Shown here: positions 20,943 to 31,060 of the stretch, piece by piece
How the letters are laid out: each line of letters starts with the position of its first letter
Position numbering within the stretch: position 1 is the stretch's first letter
DNA from: an uncultured Chloroflexia bacterium
Lineage (GTDB): Bacteria; Chloroflexota; UBA6077; JACCZL01
Assembly: GCA_963765765.1 (NCBI GenBank)
Contig: CAVXYC010000027.1
Location: forward strand, 64,001 to 128,000
Length of the DNA: 64,000 nucleotides
Direction of reading: 5' to 3'
The notes under the pieces: model-generated
Seen by the model: only the letters and a program-made list of their open reading frames with translations
Databases searched by the model: none
What the model was told of the DNA's origin: nothing
Program-made: the position numbers and the translations under genes

Positions 20943-21974
20943 TCATGGCGATCGGTGCCGAAGGTCGGGTGCGCTCGCCGGATTTCGGCCCTTGAAGACC
21001 ACGAACAAGAGCCAGAGCGATGGCAGCAACAGCCCCATGCCCGGCACAAGCGTCCAGAGCACGAAGCGGAGCGTGGGCGCCGGTGCCGCCGAGTCGATCA
21101 CGGTCACATCGGGATAGATAATGTATGGCCATTGGGCCAGCGCCCAGCCCACCACCAACAGGATCACCTGGCCGACCGCCAGTGCTCGTGCCGTCGCGAA
21201 CCGATGCCTCCACATGGCCAAGGCGGACAGCGGCGCCAGCAGGATGCCACCGGCCACCACGGGTGCCGCCCGCAGGCTGGTCAGCCCTGTCCAGAGCCGT
21301 GGAGCTTCGACATAGGTTAGCAGCAGCGTCCCTATTGAGATGAGGCCTGCCGCCAGCCATGCGCCGAGCGCTCGGCGGCGGAAGTCCCCGCGCAGCTCGC
21401 CCTCGGTCTCCAGGGTCAGATAGACGGCGGCCAGATAGGCGCAGAGCGCGAGGGCCAGGGCACCGATCGCCAGTGCGAGCGGGTCGAGCCAGGCCCATGC
21501 CGCTTCCGGCGCCACCCGCCCGCTCTCGACTCGGATCCGCCCGTTCGAGACGGCGCCCAGGCAGACCCCGAGGAGGAACGGCGTGATAACGCTCGCGCCG
21601 CCGAAGACGTGCCCCCAGCTCAGGCGCGCGCCGATCGCCGCGTGTCCGTGCGCGCGGAACACGAACGCCGCCCCTCGCAGCACGACCCCCAGCAGGACCA
21701 GGTGGAAGGGGGCGAAGAATGCCACGCTCAGCGCCGCGAAGGCGGCCGGGAAGCAGGTGAAGAGCAGCACGATCAGGAAGATCAACCAGACGTGGTTGGC
21801 CTCCCAGACCGGCCCCATCGCGGTCGCGATGGCCGCGCGCTGCTTCCGGGCGCGTGGCCCACGGGCAAACAGGTCCCAGACTCCCCCGCCGAAGTCGGCG
21901 CCGGCCAGGACCGCATAGGCGACGAGCGTCCCCAGCGCGACGACGCCGACGACTTCGGGGAGGTACTCAGGCAT
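20943..21974 (-). CDS. cydB: Cytochrome bd ubiquinol oxidase subunit II
   Basis: YAVLAGADFGGGVWDL, MGPVWEANHVWLI, VLRGAAFVFR, GWALAQWPY. Confidence 0.95.
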   Translation of the reverse strand: MPEYLPEVVGVVALGTLVAYAVLAGADFGGGVWDLFARGPRARKQRAAIATAMGPVWEANHVWLIFLIVLLFTCFPAAFAALSVAFFAPFHLVLLGVVLRGAAFVFRAHGHAAIGARLSWGHVFGGASVITPFLLGVCLGAVSNGRIRVESGRVAPEAAWAWLDPLALAIGALALALCAYLAAVYLTLETEGELRGDFRRRALGAWLAAGLISIGTLLLTYVEAPRLWTGLTSLRAAPVVAGGILLAPLSALAMWRHRFATARALAVGQVILLVVGWALAQWPYIIYPDVTVIDSAAPAPTLRFVLWTLVPGMGLLLPSLWLLFVVFKGRNPASAPDLRHRSP

Positions 21975-23331
21975 GGACGGGTGGAGCCTCTGGATCGGCC
22001 GCTGCGTGCTCCATCGGCTCGTCGCCACGCGCCAGGCGACGGAGCAGGATGATGAGGGTGACCGCCAGGCCGGCGTAGAGCAGGCTAAACCCGGCCAGGG
22101 ATATCCCGACCCCGCCGGCGGGCGTGACAGCGTCGGACGTGCGCATGACCCCGTAGATCACCCAGGGTTGGCGACCAACTTCGGTGACGATCCAGCCGGC
22201 CTCCAATGCCAGGAATCCGAGCGGTGCAGAGAGCACCAGCACCCAGAGGAGCCTCCGGCGGGCGGCCCAGTCGAGCCCGCCGCGTCGGCCGCGCCACCAC
22301 GCCCACCAGTACCAGAGCGCCACCCCCATCATCTCGAAGCCAGACCCGACCATTACCTGGAACGCCGGATGCACGATGCGCGACTCCGGCCACTGGTCGC
22401 GTGGGAATGCCTCCAGTCCGAGCACCTCGGCGTTCGGATCGTGGGCGGCCAGGACGCTGAGCAGGTACGGGATCTCGATGGCCCAGGACGTCTCCCGGGT
22501 ATTCGGGTCCGGCCAGCCGAAGATCCGCAACGGCGCGCCGCGCTCGGTCGTGAACTGGCCTTCCAAGGCTGCCAGCTTGGCTGGCTGATGCTCGTGTGCC
22601 CGCTGGGCCAGGAAGTCGCCAACGATCGGCTGGAGCACCGCCGAGATGCCGCCTAAGAGCATGGCGATAACGACGGCGAGGCCGTTGTAGCCGGCACAGT
22701 TCGAGCGTCGGTTCTTGAGCAGCGCCCAGGCGTAGATACCGGCGGCCGCAAACCCGACCGCCTGATACGTTGAGAGCGTCGAGTGCGCGGCCATCAGGGG
22801 CCAGGCCGGGTTGAAGAGCGCAGCCATCGGGTCGATGTTGATCGGCATGCCGTCTGGCCCCAGGTCGAAACCGACCGGCTGCTGCATCCATGAGTTCGCC
22901 GAGAGCACCAGGATGCCGGAGGCTGCTCCGCTGAGCGCAACGGGCCAACCACATAGCCAGTGAGCGAACGGTCTCAGGCGATCCCAGCCGTACAGGTACA
23001 GCCCGAGGAAGATCGCCTCGATGAAGAACGCGTACCCCTCCAGCGCGAAGGCCGGCCCGATGAGCGGCCCGGCGAACTCCATGAAGCGCGGCCAAAGCAG
23101 GCCGAGTTCGAACGAGAGCGCCGTGCCCGAGACGGCGCCGATGGCGAACAGAACGGCGGTGACCTTTGCCCAGGTCTTGGCGAGACGCAGGGCATCCCGA
23201 TCTCCCACCCGCAGCCAGCGGCCCTCGGCGATCAGCATCATCAGCGGCATCGCCATCCCGACCGCCGCGAAGACCATGTGGAACGCGAGCGAGACCTCCA
23301 TCTGGATCCGGGCGGCGGTGAGCTCGCTCAC
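21967..23331 (-). CDS. cydA: Cytochrome bd ubiquinol oxidase subunit I (short Q-loop)
   Basis: AFHMVF, GAVSGTALSFELG, FALEGYAFFIEAIFLG, ANSWMQ, QPAKLAALEG, GWIVTEVGRQPW. Confidence 0.95.
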   Translation of the reverse strand: MSELTAARIQMEVSLAFHMVFAAVGMAMPLMMLIAEGRWLRVGDRDALRLAKTWAKVTAVLFAIGAVSGTALSFELGLLWPRFMEFAGPLIGPAFALEGYAFFIEAIFLGLYLYGWDRLRPFAHWLCGWPVALSGAASGILVLSANSWMQQPVGFDLGPDGMPINIDPMAALFNPAWPLMAAHSTLSTYQAVGFAAAGIYAWALLKNRRSNCAGYNGLAVVIAMLLGGISAVLQPIVGDFLAQRAHEHQPAKLAALEGQFTTERGAPLRIFGWPDPNTRETSWAIEIPYLLSVLAAHDPNAEVLGLEAFPRDQWPESRIVHPAFQVMVGSGFEMMGVALWYWWAWWRGRRGGLDWAARRRLLWVLVLSAPLGFLALEAGWIVTEVGRQPWVIYGVMRTSDAVTPAGGVGISLAGFSLLYAGLAVTLIILLRRLARGDEPMEHAAADPEAPPVHA

Positions 23332-23559
23332 GGCGGCGATCCTCCGAAGGGGGCAAGAGAGGCGGGGACCGCGAGCCGCCCGCGCACTCGATGCCACTGA
23401 TTGCCGTGGATATGGTCCCACAACGCTACGCCTGGGCGGGGCTGGAGAATCCCCCCAAGGGGGCGGGAATTCCCCTCTCCCGTTGTGAACGCGACGCCTG
23501 TGGGCGTCACCCATTGCTCACCGGGGCTCACTGCACTGCCTGAGCCTCCGCTCCGGAGA

Positions 23560-23760
23560 TTAGGAGTTGGTTGGCAACCATCATGCCTGTGGCCACGTTC
23601 GACCCGTCGAGTGCCAATCTCGTGCCCATCGCCACCTGAACCGGCACGCCCCATGAGGTAGACAAGGATCGGCACCGTCAGGATCGAGCCGCAGGCACCA
23701 AGCGTCCCCGGCAACAGGCCGATCACGACCCCAAGCCTCAGAGCGAGCACGGCGTGACCC
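23560..23760 (-). pseudogene. TauE/SafE sulfite-exporter N-terminal remnant
   Basis: LGVVIGLLPGTLGACGSILTVPILVYLMG resembles the TauE GxGGxIxxVPxLxY motif, then degenerates; boundaries approximate. Confidence 0.55.
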
Positions 23761-23789
23761 AACTCAGGCACGATCCGCTGATTCCAGTT

Positions 23790-24119
23790 CGGGAGCAAGC
23801 TGAGGGGCCAAGGTCGGGCGCAGCAGGTCGCAGGCGTCTGCGATGGCTGGGGTAGGCCAAGCCGTAGAAGTTTCTGTTCGCTTCGCGGCGGGCGGTCACC
23901 ATACCCACCTCGCGCATAACGGTCGGGTGCTGCGAGACATTCGGTTGGCGGACGCAAGCGCCGCGACCAACGATTAACGGTGCCCTCTCCGTCTCTGAGC
24001 AGGGGGATGATCGCCAGCCGCTTCGGGTCCGCCAGCGCTTGGCACAGCAGAGCCTGGCGCTCGAAGAGCGCCCTCGGCAGGTCGAGCCGCGGGGAAGATG
24101 CGCCGGATTGAATATTCAT
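23790..24119 (-). pseudogene. ArsR/SmtB family regulator remnant
   Basis: LFERQALLCQALADPKRLAIIPLLRDGEGTV, then frameshifted pieces (NVSQH...MREVGMVTARREANRNFY); boundaries approximate. Confidence 0.65.
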
Positions 24120-24176
24120 GATACCGACGGCTGTAGTAGCAATGGTTCAACTAACTGTGTCTGCAAGAATAGTATT

Positions 24177-24204
24177 CGTTCCGATAACCCCCATTCTCGG
24201 AACG
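24177..24204. other. Xer/dif-like recombination site C
   Basis: CGTTCCGATAA-CCCCCA-TTCTCGGAACG; same spacer and orientation as site A. Confidence 0.65.
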
Positions 24205-24240
24205 ACCAGCTCCGGATGTGAACTCGGAGACTGATTCCTT

Positions 24241-24279
24241 GGTTCCAGATAATGGCCTATTGACGTGGTTATCGGAACC
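24241..24279. other. Degenerate Xer/dif-like site D
   Basis: GGTTCCAGATAA-16 bp-TTATCGGAACC; intact arm reads GGTTCCGATAA on the minus strand. Confidence 0.45.
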
Positions 24280-24693
24280 ACATTTTCGTGCGTCGATCAT
24301 TTGCCAAAAGCGGCCGGCGAGAGATTCCCAGTGACGGGCGAGACTGGCTACGCTAATCCGGCTTAGCGCTCACGCTAGCCCAGGCCGTCTCAATACTGGC
24401 CGGGCGGGGTGGTCACTGAGACATTGTTTACTTGACGGGTTGTGAGACCAAGCGTCGAGCTCGGCCGCGGGGGTTCAAGGACAGTCGGAGCTCCGTCCAA
24501 CAAACGGCCGTTTTGTGAGACGTCGGGATCCGCGCCGCGCGGACGACGCCATCCGAGCGCGGTCTTGAGCTCGCGGTGTCCAGACTGGAGAGCGAGATCG
24601 CCCCGAGGGGCCGGCGCTGCACAACGGGATCGATCATCCCTCCCATCCTCCAATTCATTGTATGTAACGGGCGCTCCCCGCTCAGGACATGCG

Positions 24694-25575
24694 TTACTGA
24701 CGAAGCTCTACCCAGCCTTCGCGGATCCGCGCCGTGAAGCTCGGCTGCGGATACACTGACGGACCGTCGAGCAGCTCGCCGGTGCACACATTGAACCTCG
24801 ATCCGTGCCAGGGGCACGTGATCACGTCACCGTCCAGCTCGCCTTCCGACAGTGGGCCCCCCAGGTGAGCACAGCTTTCGGCGATGGCGGTAACCTGATC
24901 GCCTCGTCGGAAGAGCAGGATCCGCGCGCCGTTTACCTCGCCCTTCCGGACCTGCCCATCTGGCAGATCTGCCTCCAGCATGACGCGCTTGAACTCGGGC
25001 GGTAAGCTGGTTCCTTTTGCGTGATCGACGCCGATTCCCTCGCTAAAAACGAGCGCTCCGCCGAGATAGGCGGACACATTTGAGATGGCAAACCCAGTCA
25101 TCGAAAGAACAATGCCGCGGCCTCGATGTCCTGATTTACGCGCCGCCATCGATGCGAGATACGCCATTGTCACCGATCCATTCAGAAGACCATGAACCAG
25201 ACCTATTCGCCGCGATGATCCGGATGTGTATTGCCAGTCGTTCCAGCCGGCGACGATTGCCGCGGCTGCGCCCGCTAGACCAACGGCCACCGTTGAGTCG
25301 CCAACCTTGCTGAAACTGCGCATCGAGCTCAGCTCCAGTAAATCGGCCAGAAACGTGACGCTCCACGCCCCGATTGGAACGTCCGTGAGAATGGGATGCA
25401 ATGGATGGCCGAGCCAGGTACCGTGGAGCACGTTCCTGGCACCGCTGCCAAGCTTCGTCGTGACGTCGCCGACGACTTGCGACACCCGATCGGCGAGACC
25501 ATCGAGCTGCTCCAAACTACCGATCCGCTCGGCGATCGACATCGGCAAGTGTGCCGCGTTTCTGGACATTGCCAT
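24694..25575 (-). CDS. DUF2231 membrane domain + Rieske [2Fe-2S] protein
   Basis: LHGTWLGHPLHPILTDVPIGAW, GLVHGLLN, CAHLGGPL...CPWHGSRF. Confidence 0.88.
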   Translation of the reverse strand: MAMSRNAAHLPMSIAERIGSLEQLDGLADRVSQVVGDVTTKLGSGARNVLHGTWLGHPLHPILTDVPIGAWSVTFLADLLELSSMRSFSKVGDSTVAVGLAGAAAAIVAGWNDWQYTSGSSRRIGLVHGLLNGSVTMAYLASMAARKSGHRGRGIVLSMTGFAISNVSAYLGGALVFSEGIGVDHAKGTSLPPEFKRVMLEADLPDGQVRKGEVNGARILLFRRGDQVTAIAESCAHLGGPLSEGELDGDVITCPWHGSRFNVCTGELLDGPSVYPQPSFTARIREGWVELRQ

Positions 25576-25699
25576 GTTCCCTCCCACGCTGAACCCGACA
25601 GAGCGGCGCAATACGCATGCCAAGCCACCCGAAAGTGTGGGTGGATTGACAGCCCGCCGAGCGCCGGTCGCCTACAATTTCTGCGTTGGGAGTTGAGCC

Positions 25700-25795
25700 A
25701 TGACCATGGATGAGAACGACGTCTTCATCGATCTAGCACTGGAAATCGCCCAGGACGAATCGCCGTCCGAGCTGGAGCCAGTCGAAGGGGAGTAG
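25700..25795 (+). CDS. Putative 31-aa acidic small protein
   Basis: MTMDENDVFIDLALEIAQDESPSELEPVEGE; GGGAG RBS, upstream TACAAT, GC hairpin right after the stop. Confidence 0.4.
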   Translation: MTMDENDVFIDLALEIAQDESPSELEPVEGE

Positions 25796-25837
25796 CGGCC
25801 GGCAGGTCGTTGACGACCCACCGGCCCGAGCTGCGTA

Positions 25838-27157
25838 TCAGGGCCTCAGAACGACGGCCGTAAACTTCTCAGGATCGAGATAGGTCTCGACCACCCGCTG
25901 CACGTCCGCCGCAGTCACGGCGCGTATGCGATCGCGGTGGTCGTCAAGGGTCTGGCCGTTGTAGGCCAGGGCACCCAGGGCCATCGCATCGTCGGCGTAC
26001 TGCTCAAGGCCCACGACGAATGTCCCAAGAAGATACCTCTTGATGGCTTCGACGCTGGCCTCGGTGATCTTGTCCCCGCGCATATTGCGGACCTGTTCGA
26101 GTGCGATGTCCCGCAATCGTTCCGCGTTTCCGGCTTCCGTGCCCGCCGCGATCGACCAGTCGCCGGTCTCACGAAACGTCATCATCCCGCTACCCACGGA
26201 ATAGGCCAAGCCATAGCGATCGCGCACTTCGCCGAACAGGGGTCCGCTGGGGAGACCCATGATGCGGTCGTAAATCAGCAGAGGATAGTAGTCAGGGTGA
26301 AGACGACCAACAGCCGGCACACTCAACACAACCTCAGCTTGATCGGACCCCGCTTTAACCTCTTTCCAACCAGGCTTTGCCTCAACCGGTGGAAGCGGCG
26401 TGCGGACAGGACGCTGACCCGACGGGACGGCGCCTAGCGCATTGCCGACCATAGCCACGGCATCTTCGTGCGAGACGTTACCGACGACCGAGACAATCAT
26501 GTTACTGCCGAGAAAATGCTGAGCATGAAACTGGCGCAGCGCATCAGGTGTGAGCGTTTGCAGGCTCTCGGCATCGCCAGAAGGCGTCCGTCGAGCGATC
26601 TCATGACCGTAGAGCTCCTCAAGCTGCACGTCCCGAATCCAGCGCGCCGGGGCGTTCTTTCGCCTCGCCACGTCATCCAGCGACGTGCGACGCGCACGCT
26701 CGATGAGGTCATCGGTGGATCCCGAGCTCATCAAAATATCGGCCAGCACGTTGAGCGCTTCAGGAAAGTCGGGACCACGCGCCACCGTGCTGAGCGAGAA
26801 ATTCTCCCAGCCTGCTCGAGTTCCCAGCATGCCACCCGTGATACTGAAGTGGCGCAGGACGTCTCCAGGAGTCGGCCGGGTGGGCGTGCCCTGGAGCATG
26901 AGCTGCTCCCAGAGCTTGGTGGCGCCCGCCTCATCGTCGGCTTCATCCCGGGAGCCGCTGCCCACCAGAACTTGCATGGCGATCACATCAGCGCCTTCAC
27001 GTTGTCGCGTAAGGACGACGATCCCGTTGGGTAACACGGTCTGCAAAGAGTCGGCGCCACCCGGGGCACTACCGGGCATAACTGCCATCGGCAAAGTGAC
27101 GCTGGCAAACACGTATGGAGCGGCGAAGAGAGCCGATGTTGTGCTGAAGACAGTCAT
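25838..27157 (-). CDS. M16 family peptidase, non-catalytic partner subunit
   Basis: LPNGIVV, GSRDE, GATKLWEQ (HxxEH lost), LFGEVRDRYGLAYSV, VTAADVQRV. Confidence 0.88.
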   Translation of the reverse strand: MTVFSTTSALFAAPYVFASVTLPMAVMPGSAPGGADSLQTVLPNGIVVLTRQREGADVIAMQVLVGSGSRDEADDEAGATKLWEQLMLQGTPTRPTPGDVLRHFSITGGMLGTRAGWENFSLSTVARGPDFPEALNVLADILMSSGSTDDLIERARRTSLDDVARRKNAPARWIRDVQLEELYGHEIARRTPSGDAESLQTLTPDALRQFHAQHFLGSNMIVSVVGNVSHEDAVAMVGNALGAVPSGQRPVRTPLPPVEAKPGWKEVKAGSDQAEVVLSVPAVGRLHPDYYPLLIYDRIMGLPSGPLFGEVRDRYGLAYSVGSGMMTFRETGDWSIAAGTEAGNAERLRDIALEQVRNMRGDKITEASVEAIKRYLLGTFVVGLEQYADDAMALGALAYNGQTLDDHRDRIRAVTAADVQRVVETYLDPEKFTAVVLRP

Positions 27158-28455
27158 GGTCGTACCACGACGACGGCAAGCTGCTCTGGGTCCAGATACT
27201 GGCGGGCAACCGCCAGTACATCGGCCGAAGTAACCTTGCGCACCCCCGCGAGATACACGTCAAGTCCGGCAGCAGGCCCCAGTGTGTGGGGACCAGCGAT
27301 GGTTCCGGCCTGACGAATCGAGCCCTGCATGCCAAGCTCGGTTCTTCCTTCTATAAATCGCACGGCATTGGTGACCTCTTCGTCCGTTGGCCCCGTGTCC
27401 CGCATGAGTCGCAGGTGCCCTAGTAGCCCTTGCAGGGCCTCTTCGGTTTGAGTGGGCGCTACCGTGGCGGAAAGCTCGAACAATCCTACGTCGGTGAGTT
27501 GATATGAGCTGCTCCCCGCGTCGGCGACGATTCCGCGCTGATCACGGAGATCGGTCATGAGCCGGCGCCCCGATGAGCCCAGTATCTCCGCCAGTACATC
27601 CAGAGGGTACTGCTCCTGGCTATTGAGTCCGGGCACCGCGGTGCCGACGAGTACCCGCGCCTGGCTCGAGCCCGCTTGTAAATCGATGCGCTGGGAGCGG
27701 GCCGCGGGTGGTGGCACAACTGGTCGATCATAGAACGGACCCTGGCGCATGTCCGCAAACGCGGGGGCGACCTTGGCCAGCACTTCCTCATGTGTCATTG
27801 GTCCTACAACAGCAATGACCATGTTGTTGGAGACAAAGTATTTGTCGCGGAAATCCACCAGGACTTCGCGCGTCGAATTGTTCACCGTCTCGCGACTACC
27901 AATGGGTAGTCGTTCGGCTGGATGGCCCGTAAGAACGGCTTTGGTGAGAACTTCATCGGCGTAGCGCTCAGGGCTATTTCGACCGCGATTCAGCTCTTCC
28001 AGGACAACCGCGCGTTCTTTATCCACTTTGTCCGCGGGGAATGTGGAGTTGACCAGGATATCGGAGAGAACGTCTAGACCGACGTCAAAGTCATCAGCAG
28101 CCACGACGACCTGAAATGCGATCTGCTCAAAGCTCGTGTACGCGTTGATCCAACCACCGCGAGATGTGACGCTATCGAAAATTGCAGCCTGATCGGCATA
28201 CCTCGACGCACCCTGAAAGAACATGTGCTCCATGAAGTGCGCCGCGCCCACGGTCTCGTCGTCCTCGTCACGCGATCCGCCGCGGAACGCCGCGTGGAAA
28301 GCAACCACCTGACCCTCCGGGCGCTCGCTTGTCAGGACCGTGATGCCGTTTGCAAGCTCGGAGCTGCGGACGTCGCTGTCGTCTGCAAACCCAGGTCGCT
28401 CACCGGATGTAACTGACGCCAATAAGGCCAATACGACCCCCCACGATTTGAGCAT
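27154..28455 (-). CDS. M16 family zinc peptidase, catalytic subunit, probable signal peptide
   Basis: GAAHFMEHMFFQG, INAYTS, ERAVVLEE; ATGA overlap with partner gene. Confidence 0.92.
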   Translation of the reverse strand: MLKSWGVVLALLASVTSGERPGFADDSDVRSSELANGITVLTSERPEGQVVAFHAAFRGGSRDEDDETVGAAHFMEHMFFQGASRYADQAAIFDSVTSRGGWINAYTSFEQIAFQVVVAADDFDVGLDVLSDILVNSTFPADKVDKERAVVLEELNRGRNSPERYADEVLTKAVLTGHPAERLPIGSRETVNNSTREVLVDFRDKYFVSNNMVIAVVGPMTHEEVLAKVAPAFADMRQGPFYDRPVVPPPAARSQRIDLQAGSSQARVLVGTAVPGLNSQEQYPLDVLAEILGSSGRRLMTDLRDQRGIVADAGSSSYQLTDVGLFELSATVAPTQTEEALQGLLGHLRLMRDTGPTDEEVTNAVRFIEGRTELGMQGSIRQAGTIAGPHTLGPAAGLDVYLAGVRKVTSADVLAVARQYLDPEQLAVVVVRP

Positions 28456-28849
28456 TCAGGCTCCCAGCCAATCTGCTAAGGAGATAATCAATTCGATTAT
28501 ACCGACCTGTCTTGCACGGCCCTGGGGCGTTCATTAGACTCGACGCTGGGATGATCGTCGGCAGACGATGTGTCGCCCTCAAGGAGAGCGCCATGGCGGA
28601 TGTCCCGATCACCCCCTTCCTTCACAAGCTCCAGGAGATGGACCCAGCATTTTGCGGAGTCGGTGCTCAAGATGGTCCATGGATGAGCTCGCAAAGCCGC
28701 CGCCCGACGACTCCGGTGGGCACCAACGTCAATACAGCGAGGAATGAGGGCCGGAACTGGTCGTGCCAGTCAACTTCGCGTAGAGAATAGCTTCTTTCCG
28801 CGATCGACCTGGCAGGTCCAGAACCGCTCCCAGCAATTGGGGGCTAGCC

Positions 28850-29373
28850 ACACGGAGAGCTTCCTTCCCTGATCTTCACGACGATCCGTGCTGCGCGAGG
28901 CGTCGGTACCAGCACGGCCATGACATCGTCGTGGGTCTCGGCGTGAGCAGCCAGGTCGACGTGGCCATGGAGGTCCTGGAGGAGCGGCGCGGCGTGCTGA
29001 GCGTCGTGAGCCAGCGCGAAGAGCACTTCAGCGAACACGACCAGCGCTTCCTCACCGCCGTGGCCGGCTGGATTGGCCACTTGACCCATCGGAGTGAGCT
29101 GGTCAAGCAATTGGCCGGCGGGATCGCCCAGCAGGCGCGGCGGGAGGCCGGCGACGAGCTGGCCCGAATCACCCGCCGACAGCAGGAAGTAGCTGCGCTG
29201 GTGGCGGAGTGCCTGAGTAACGAGGAGATCGCGGCACGGCTGGTATTGACGCCGGGCACGTGGCCAACCACATGGAAAACATCCTCACGCGGCTCGAACT
29301 GCCGAATCGGACGAGTCTGGGGGTCTGGGCGGTGGAGCGCGGACTGTATCGTTCGGAGTGGGCCAGGGAGTAA
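28850..29373 (+). pseudogene. GAF-LuxR transcriptional regulator, 5'-truncated/frameshifted
   Basis: GVLSVVSQREEHFSEHDQRFLTAVA (GAF end) + ITRRQQEVAALVAECLSNEEIAARLVLTPGT/ANHMENILTRLELPNRTSLGVWAVERGL. Confidence 0.7.
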
Positions 29374-29430
29374 TTCGGGGCGGCACGACATCTGCAGGGC
29401 CGTCGCCATCCCCGCACGATCGGAGTCCCC

Positions 29431-29802
29431 ATGGAATGGCCGGAGTTGGACGCCCTTGCCGATGAGCTTCGACGGACGCTGGCACGCGGGTCCCTGCGAG
29501 GTTGCCCCGCTCTCGGGGAGGTTGCGAGCCGAACACTGGACGCGGAGCGTGTTGCGCGCATCACGTTGGCCGACATCGATCATGTGCGCGCCTGGGAGCG
29601 GTCTGATGCCTTCCCCCGCTCCGGCCGGGTCGGCGCTGTGAGCTGGGACGGAGCGCGCGCCAGTTGCTCCACGGGGCGTAGCACGGTCCCGACTGTGAGT
29701 GCAGACGACGCCGATGGCCCCGGGCGATGCCATGGCGGAGGCGCTTCAAGGACCGCGTGGACTGCGCCCTGCGTCACGCCGAGCCGTCCGAGGGCGCCAT
29801 GA
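29431..29802 (+). CDS. Hypothetical protein, repeat-domain copy 1 (3' end uncertain)
   Basis: GGAG RBS; DALADELRRTLARG...LDAERVARITLADIDHVRAWER similar to the 30194 and 32700 copies. Confidence 0.5.
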   Translation: MEWPELDALADELRRTLARGSLRGCPALGEVASRTLDAERVARITLADIDHVRAWERSDAFPRSGRVGAVSWDGARASCSTGRSTVPTVSADDADGPGRCHGGGASRTAWTAPCVTPSRPRAP

Positions 29803-30172
29803 CCTTCCCGTCGGTCGACAATGCGGACGGGTGGTTGTTGGAAGAAGCGGCGCCGAGCGTGGTGCACGTCCGCTGGAACAACGTCTATGGCTCTCGCGGT
29901 CCCGGAGACGACGCGCTGCGGGCGAGGCTGCTGGATCCGGTCGAGCAGTTCCTGCATTTGACGCAGTACGCCGTGACGCGGCATCGCGACGAACGAGGTC
30001 CCTACGTTCGTGTGACGCGATGGCGGTTTGCCGGGTCCGCTTCCGCCGACGGCCGCCTTCGACTCAAGTCCTGCGGATCCGATTCCCGCGCGGCATCGGA
30101 AACGGCATCGGGCGCGAGATACGTATGGAGCTGCACATCATCCCATGCAGCGTTCGGATCACTCTTAGCTGA
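29799..30172 (+). CDS. Hypothetical protein (probable frameshift near 30050)
   Basis: GAGG RBS + MTFPSVDNADGWLLEE...; probable C-terminus QVLRIRFPRGIG...RITLS in another frame, ending just before the next RBS. Confidence 0.4.
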
Positions 30173-30193
30173 GCACCAGGAGGGGAGCTTTCA

Positions 30194-30960
30194 ATGCCGC
30201 CAGCTGAAGTTATCGCGCTCACGGACGAGATTCACGCACGGATCGAGCAGGGCGAATTCGCCGGGCTGGGCCCGATCGCTGGTGGAGGGCGGGAAGTTCT
30301 CCCCGACGCGGAGGTGGTCGCCCGGATCCTGCTCGCCGACGTCGAGGATTGGACGGAACGCGAGTCACTGGGATCACGTCAGCCCCCCGCAGTGGAACCA
30401 CCTCACCGCGCAGCTCCGCGCCTTCCTGCGTGAAGTGGAGCACTTTCGCGGCGCGCACGGCGGTGAACTCGAGTCCCGGCCGGTCGAGGCGGCTTCCCGC
30501 TCCATCATCCAGCGGTTCGAGCTGGCGCTCCAGCGATCGCCGATCGTCGTCTACAGTCAGGACACGGAGCTGCGCTACACCTGGGTCTACAACCCGCACC
30601 CGGATTTCGATGCCCGAGAGCATCATCGGCACGACGGACGCGGCGTTCTACCAGCCGGACGAGCTGGAGCGGCTACAGGGCATCAAGCGGCGCGTCATGG
30701 ATACGGGCGTGGGGACCCGGGAAACGATCTCGCGACCCTGCATGGCACGCCCACGTACTATGACCTGACGGTCGAACCGCTGTACGACGCACACGGCGTG
30801 ATCATCGGCGTGACCGGCGCGGCAACGGACATCACGGCCCTCATGCGCACCGAGCAGGCGCTGGCCCGGAGCGAGGCCCAGCTCAACGAGGCGCGGCGGA
30901 TCGCGCAGATCGGCAGCTGGGAGTGGAACGCGGTCACCGAGCAGGTGACCATGCAGGACC
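30194..30960 (+). pseudogene. Repeat-domain copy 2 fused to PAS domain(s), truncated
   Basis: AGGAGG RBS; SPIVVYSQDTELRYTWVYNP...YDLTVEPLYDAHGVIIGVTGAATDIT, then SEAQLNEARRIAQIGSWEW (start of a second PAS). Confidence 0.65.
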
Positions 30961-31060
30961 TACTGGAGCTGCGGCGGCTGGCTGGCGATCCGCCACCGAG
31001 CGACGTGACCGGGTTTCCTGCTGAAGCGAGCGAGCGGACACCGGAATCAGCCGGAGCCAC

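Noticed and set aside
21973-23488. Long overlapping or antisense ORFs (e.g. 22085..23356) here and throughout the window
   Set aside because: Shadow ORFs expected in high-GC coding DNA; Arg/Pro-rich with no motifs
23328-24119. ArsR-TauE fusion protein of 263 aa
   Set aside because: Homology switches frame and is lost between the motifs; two decayed genes joined by chance
20340-24279. CRISPR array from the ~28-bp palindromic repeats
   Set aside because: Spacings of about 380 bp, 3.4 kb and 36 bp are irregular, and there are no cas genes
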